Assembly (NCBI GenBank): GCA_000175855.1
Contig: ACYB01000020.1
Coordinates: forward strand, 30,001-62,000
Source: Raphidiopsis brookii D9
Lineage (GTDB): Bacteria; Cyanobacteriota; Cyanobacteriia; Cyanobacteriales; Nostocaceae
Length of the DNA stretch: 32,000 nt
Direction of reading: 5' to 3'
Shown here: one piece after another, positions 27,723 through 32,000 of the stretch
Numbering within the stretch: position 1 is the first letter of the stretch
Layout: each line of letters starts with the position of its first letter
Made by a program: the position numbers and the translations under genes
The notes under the pieces: generated by a model
The model's database searches: none
Seen by the model: the letters and a program-made list of their open reading frames with translations, nothing else
Told to the model about the DNA's origin: nothing

Positions 27723-27970
27723 GAGTTTTGATTCCTTTTAGTTATTGATTGCATTTACTTCATAAATACTTAATTTGTTCCTTGATTGCATCTCTCCAAA
27801 ATAGGAAAAAAATATCCGATTGTACCACCTTTAGATAGAAGACTTGTGACATACTCCACACACTCCCCTGCAGGTGAGTGTGGGCTTCTGGGCGACTCCT
27901 ATATGAGGACATTGACAGCATTTACATAGTTACGCGGGAACCGAAAAGCTTCATTTCTTATGTGCAAATC

Positions 27971-28961
27971 TTAAATATCTACCCCCAAACCTTCCACAAT
28001 GCTGCGAGTATTTGCATCCATCATTTTTTGATAGGTTTCTCCATCACTACCCGGTTCACCCAATCCATCAATATAGAGTAGTCGAGGAAAAATTTTCACT
28101 TTTGTTTTTTTTAGCAATTGGCGCAAGTAACATCAAATTAACTGCTCTATCAGCAAAAATTGTTGGTGCTTGGGTCGTTTTAATATATTCAGCTAGACTC
28201 TTGGCTTTTTTAGATGTTAATTTATCTTCATTACTGATATCTGGTAAAGTTCCTTTATAATCTAACCCATAAGCCTTGACATAATAAATCATCGCCCTAT
28301 GGGTGGTCAGCAATTTCCGGTTTTTATCAGGAATAGTGGAAAGAGTAGATTTAATCCACTGGTTTAATTTCTTTAATTCTTCAGTTAGTTGGCGAGTATT
28401 ACTATTATATTTCTGTCGATTTTCGGCTGACAGTTTGCCTAATTGAAAATTCACTACTTCTACCATTTTGATGGCATTCCTCACATCGTGCCAAATATGT
28501 GGTTCGTTAATAATTTTGCCATTTTGCTGCAGTTTTTGTGGTTGTTTAACAGCACGTTGACCAACTGATATTTTGGCTATGTTTTTTCGACTATTTTTAA
28601 ATGACTTAATTAGTCTGGGTTCAAAATTATAACCGTGATATAAAATCAGATCTGCTTGTTTAATGGCCTTGATATCTCCTAGTGTTGGCTGATATCTAGG
28701 AGGTTCCTTACCGGGAGGAACTAAACAAATTAGATTAATACTTTCTCTGGCTATTTGGTTAGTAATATCGCAGAGTATGGTTGTAGTTACCACAACTTGG
28801 GGTAAATTTTGACTAATCTTTTGATTCTGCTGACCTGGCTGATCTTGAGTATAGTTATTATTTGGAGTCCTATGATTACAACCTAAAATTGCTAGTATTA
28901 TTGGTAGGCCAATTGGTAAACAAATATTACAGAAATTACACTTTAACAACCTATTCATCAC
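27971..28961 (-). pseudogene. Cluster A-I (ZnuA/MntC/TroA-type) metal ABC transporter substrate-binding lipoprotein, interrupted by a 1-nt frameshift in a homopolymer
   Basis: The track ORF 28068-28961 (297 aa) has a lipobox LAILGC and SBP motifs (EPHIWHD, LLTTHRAMIYY). It ends prematurely in ...IAKKNKSENFSSTTLY*. Removing one base from the T8 run at 28105-28112 (A8 on the coding strand) gives IAKKTKVKIFPRLLYIDGLGEPGSDGETYQKMMDANTRSIVEGLGVDI*, the typical C-terminus of this family. That reading ends at the stop at 27971-27973 and gives 329 aa in total. Confidence 0.8.
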
Positions 28962-28981
28962 AATTATTCTAGCCTATAACT

Positions 28982-30055
28982 TCATAACTGGGAATTATTA
29001 GATGACCATATAATTAATTCGCCCTGATCTCCACCCGCTGCCAAAAATTTACCTTGAGGTTGCCAAGCTAGGGTAGAAAAACCTTCAGTCACACCTGACA
29101 GAATTTCCCATACTTGAAAATTTTCATCCCATAAACACAACCAACCATCAGCACCAGCGGAAGCAAGTATTAACTCATTATTTGGTAACCTATAATTTAA
29201 GGAATGGGGTGGGTGGGCAATTGCAGTTATAATATCGAAGTGATTAGTCAAAATTGTTGACTCCCAACCTACAGACTCATCAACAGATTTATGCCACATT
29301 ACTACACCTTCCACACTGGAACAAGCTAAGATGGGATCCCCTGTATCACTTGTTCTATTAGACCAAGCTAATTGACGAATTTTGCCAGGAAAACCACGCA
29401 TTAGCCAGGGATCGGGATTTTCCCACTCTAATACTGTGATACTAGGATCCATATTTGCTGAAGCTAAGTATTTACCGTCATTAGACCATACCACACCCGT
29501 ACTAGCTGTATCTGTGGACAGTATATAAGGTTCCTCATCCCAATTTTCCCTATTCCAAACCTTGACTCCTTTATAACCGCTAATAGCCAAGTACTTTCCA
29601 TCCTGACGCCAATCAATTCCTAAAATTGATGAGTTTTCAAAGTTGAGGGTGACCACCAGTTCCCGCGCATCCACATCCCACACTTGAACATAACGACCTA
29701 AACTAAACGCTAAAAGATTATTGGTATGGTTCCAGGCCAACTTATCAATCCAAGCTGGAGCGTTTGCTAGGGTTTGAATTAACTCTTTTTCCCTCCAGAT
29801 TTTTACGTTTCCATCCTGACCACCCACAGCCAAATACTGGTCATCAGCTGAGAAACCTCCACAGTCTAGGGATTTACCTGTGGAAGTTTGGAGATTGGTA
29901 ATTGTTTGGTTTTCCCAAATGATTACCTCTCCTGATGCGGAGGTAACGGCCAGCTTGTGACCAGATTTAGACCAGTTTAAGGATGTTACATATTCTGTTA
30001 GCTTTTCTGAATAATGGGTGGTGAATTTTTGCGGTTTGTTAGTGGTGAAGTTCAT
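28982..30055 (-). CDS. Stand-alone WD40-like beta-propeller protein
   Basis: 357-aa ORF made only of degenerate WD-like blades (LNWSKSGHKLAVTSASGEVIIWE; FSADDQYLAVGGQDGNVKIWR; LAWNHTNNLLAFSLGRYVQVWD; IDWRQDGKYLAISGYKGVKVWN; VVWSNDGKYLASANMD; LAWQPQGKFLAAGGDQGELIIWS). It has no signal peptide or other domain. Confidence 0.8.
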   Translation of the reverse strand: MNFTTNKPQKFTTHYSEKLTEYVTSLNWSKSGHKLAVTSASGEVIIWENQTITNLQTSTGKSLDCGGFSADDQYLAVGGQDGNVKIWREKELIQTLANAPAWIDKLAWNHTNNLLAFSLGRYVQVWDVDARELVVTLNFENSSILGIDWRQDGKYLAISGYKGVKVWNRENWDEEPYILSTDTASTGVVWSNDGKYLASANMDPSITVLEWENPDPWLMRGFPGKIRQLAWSNRTSDTGDPILACSSVEGVVMWHKSVDESVGWESTILTNHFDIITAIAHPPHSLNYRLPNNELILASAGADGWLCLWDENFQVWEILSGVTEGFSTLAWQPQGKFLAAGGDQGELIIWSSNNSQL

Positions 30056-30101
30056 ATATGGGAATTGGGAATATCAATTCTGTCGACGATGTTGTAGGCG
30101 A

Positions 30102-31073
30102 TTATAGCATACAGGATAAAAAATCTTGTTTTAATTTTGTCCCATCTAGGTTCCTTCCGATAAAAACTAGTTCATTTTTTCTAGGTTCACTATATTTCCA
30201 GGGTCTATCTGGTCTACCATCAAATATCATGTGTACCCCCTGAAAGACAAAACGCTCTTCTTCACCAGCAATATTCAAAATGCCCTTCATGCGAAAAATA
30301 TCTTGCCCTTGATTGCGCAATAATTGCCCTAACCAAACATTTAATTTCTCCCCATCTAAGGCACCTGATTCTACTAAAGCTACTGAACCTATGCTATTAT
30401 CATGTTCATGGGTATCTTCACCTAAAAAATTGGGATTTATTTCCAATGCTCTGGCTAAATCAAAGGCTCTCACATCTAATAAGGCATCCATGGATAGTTG
30501 GGAATTTTGGGTATGGTAAATTTTAGCCATGGCGTTCATGGCACGAATTCGCTTTTCTAATTCTTCCAAAGTTTCTGAGGAAACTAAATCGGTTTTATTC
30601 AACAAAATCACATCGGCAAAGGCTATTTGCTCCTGAGCTTCATCCGCTTCCCAGTGTTGCCAAATGTGTTTGGCATCTACAACTGTTACTACCGCATCTA
30701 ATGATAGTTGATTTTGCATGTCCTCATCCACAAAAAAGGTCTGAATTACAGGCGCAGGATCTGCTAATCCGGTGGTTTCAATCACTAAATGGTCGAACTT
30801 ATCCCGCCGTTTCATTAAATTACCAATGATCCGAATTAAATCCCCACGCACTGTACAGCAAATACAACCGTTGTTCATTTCAAAAATTTCTTCTTCCGCA
30901 TCAATCACTAGTTGATTATCAATGCCCACTTCCCCAAATTCATTAATGATTACAGCTACTTTCTTACCGTGCTCGTAGGTGAGAATGTGATTCAGTAAGG
31001 TGGTTTTTCCTGCCCCTAAATACCCTGTTAAAACGGTTACAGGTATGGTAGTCGAGATTTCTGAAGCTATCAT
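30102..31073 (-). CDS. COG0523 / CobW-family G3E GTPase (zinc metallochaperone type, ZigA/YeiR/YciC-like)
   Basis: 323-aa ORF. P-loop is GYLGAGKTTLLNHIL, the CxCC metal motif is GCICCTVRGD, followed by ETTGLADP and the NKxD motif as LNKTDL. A short His/acidic patch (EDTHEHD) precedes the CobW C-terminal domain pattern (RMKGIL...FQGVH). Confidence 0.9.
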   Translation of the reverse strand: MIASEISTTIPVTVLTGYLGAGKTTLLNHILTYEHGKKVAVIINEFGEVGIDNQLVIDAEEEIFEMNNGCICCTVRGDLIRIIGNLMKRRDKFDHLVIETTGLADPAPVIQTFFVDEDMQNQLSLDAVVTVVDAKHIWQHWEADEAQEQIAFADVILLNKTDLVSSETLEELEKRIRAMNAMAKIYHTQNSQLSMDALLDVRAFDLARALEINPNFLGEDTHEHDNSIGSVALVESGALDGEKLNVWLGQLLRNQGQDIFRMKGILNIAGEEERFVFQGVHMIFDGRPDRPWKYSEPRKNELVFIGRNLDGTKLKQDFLSCML

Positions 31074-31098
31074 AATTTATCCACTTATCCCCAGTTTT

Positions 31099-31113
31099 TG
31101 ATAATCATTCTTT
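31099..31113. promoter_or_regulatory. Candidate Fur-family (Zur/FurA-type) operator upstream of the COG0523 gene
   Basis: TGATAATCATTCTTT lies 26-40 nt upstream of the GTPase start. It matches one full half-site plus the centre of the AT-rich palindrome TGATAAT-N-ATTATCA that I recall for cyanobacterial and other Fur-family boxes. The second half-site is degenerate. Confidence 0.35.
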
Positions 31114-31359
31114 TTTTAACATAACTTTTGGCAGTTGCAATACCTTATTTTCTGGAAGGAATCACAGATTTGTTTGAAGTTTTGTAAAGTTTAGCAACAA
31201 TTTGGTCATAGTTGTTGCAGGAGTTGAGATGAAGGTGGTATGGTAGGCGAATTGTATGTTAAATGTTAAAGAAATATCTAGAACTAAATAATCCTCCTAA
31301 AACTAAGTCTTGTACTAATTTTCGTAAAATCTCGGATACCAAGTAGTTGGTCAGTTCCT

Positions 31360-32000
31360 ATGTCTTATCCGTTATACGTCGCTTTTATCTGGCATCAACA
31401 TCAACCACTGTATAAGTCACCCGCTAATAACCACTATCGTTTGCCCTGGGTGAGGTTACATGGCACAAAGGACTATCTAGATTTAATCCTATTACTGGAA
31501 AATACCCCAAATTGCACCAAACAGTAAATTTGGTCCCGTCTCTAATTCTCCAGTTGGAAGATTATATCAAGGGTAATGCTTTTGACCCCTATCTGACGGC
31601 CAGTTTGACCCCTGTGGAAAAATTGACTATAGAACAGAAAGAATTCATTATCCAACACTTTTTTGACGCTAATCACCACACTTTGATTGACCCCCATCCC
31701 CGTTACGGACAGTTATACCACCAAAGACAGGAAAAAGGACAGGAATGGTGTTTGTCAAATTGGCAATCGGTGGATTACGGCGATTTGTTGGCTTGGCATA
31801 ATTTGGCTTGGATTGATCCCCTATTTTGGGATGACCCGGAAATTTCAGCTTGGTTAAAACAGGGCCGGGATTTTACTTTGGGCGATCGCCAAAGGATCTA
31901 TTCTAAACAGAGACAAATACTAAGTCGCATTATTCCTCAACATCGGAAAATGCAGGAGAGCGGACAGTTGGAGGTGACTACAACTCCTTATACCCATCCC
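31360..32000 (+). pseudogene. Glycoside hydrolase family 57 protein (alpha-amylase/branching-enzyme-like), 5' part, interrupted by a 1-nt frameshift; continues beyond the window
   Basis: The ATG at 31360 gives MSYPLYVAFIWHQHQPLYKS...LPWVRLHGTKDYLDLILLLENTPNCTKQ*, with the stop at 31525-31527. Shifting one base after about 31503 gives (Y)PKLHQTVNLVPSLILQLEDYIKGNAFDPYL...WHNLAWIDPLFW...TTTPYTHP, which stays open to the window end and is the canonical GH57 N-terminal region. Neither piece is in the ORF track: the first is under 60 aa and the second is open-ended. Confidence 0.8.

Noticed and set aside
27856-27885. Imperfect hairpin (CACACTC...GAGTGTG around a CCTGCAGG palindrome) as terminator of the binding-protein gene
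   Set aside because: The stem is 7 bp with a bulge, and no T/U-tract follows on either strand. It lies about 90 nt past the restored stop codon. This is not enough for a terminator call.
27878-28260. Plus-strand ORFs of 67 aa and 82 aa near the binding-protein gene tail
   Set aside because: Both are antisense to the binding-protein gene. The open space is explained by the frameshifted C-terminal coding region on the minus strand.

Overview
This window looks like an ordinary chromosomal stretch of a low-GC cyanobacterium, and the gene content resembles filamentous Nostocales. Support for that placement: 12 copies of the HIP1 octamer GCGATCGC, pxcA/cemA, a cruF-cruG myxol-glycoside carotenoid pair, a pentapeptide-repeat protein and Ser/Thr kinase-WD40 architecture. 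I can support about 33 protein-coding genes, one tRNA-Val(GAC), three near-consensus sigma70-type promoters and one strong intrinsic terminator. I found no rRNA, CRISPR array, transposase, integrase or phage genes, and no recognisable defence island. The best candidate for something undescribed is a minus-strand three-gene cluster at 27971-31073. It encodes a COG0523/CobW-type metallochaperone GTPase, then a stand-alone WD40-like beta-propeller, then an orphan ZnuA/TroA-type lipoprotein binding protein, preceded by a Fur/Zur-like box. The binding-protein gene is split by a single-base indel in a T8/A8 run and has Pro where the first metal-ligand His is expected. A second single-base frameshift interrupts the neighbouring GH57 glycoside hydrolase gene, and a choice-of-anchor-I gene appears 3'-truncated. 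Other points of interest are a structured ~184-nt leader between a perfect TTGACA-17-TACAAT promoter and rplU-rpmA, an RNase HI with a ~150-aa C-terminal extension, a cluster of PLP enzyme, RidA and PNPOx-fold genes, and a NodB deacetylase fused to a phosphodiester glycosidase in a cell-envelope cluster. All functional calls come from reading motifs in the translations, without any database search.
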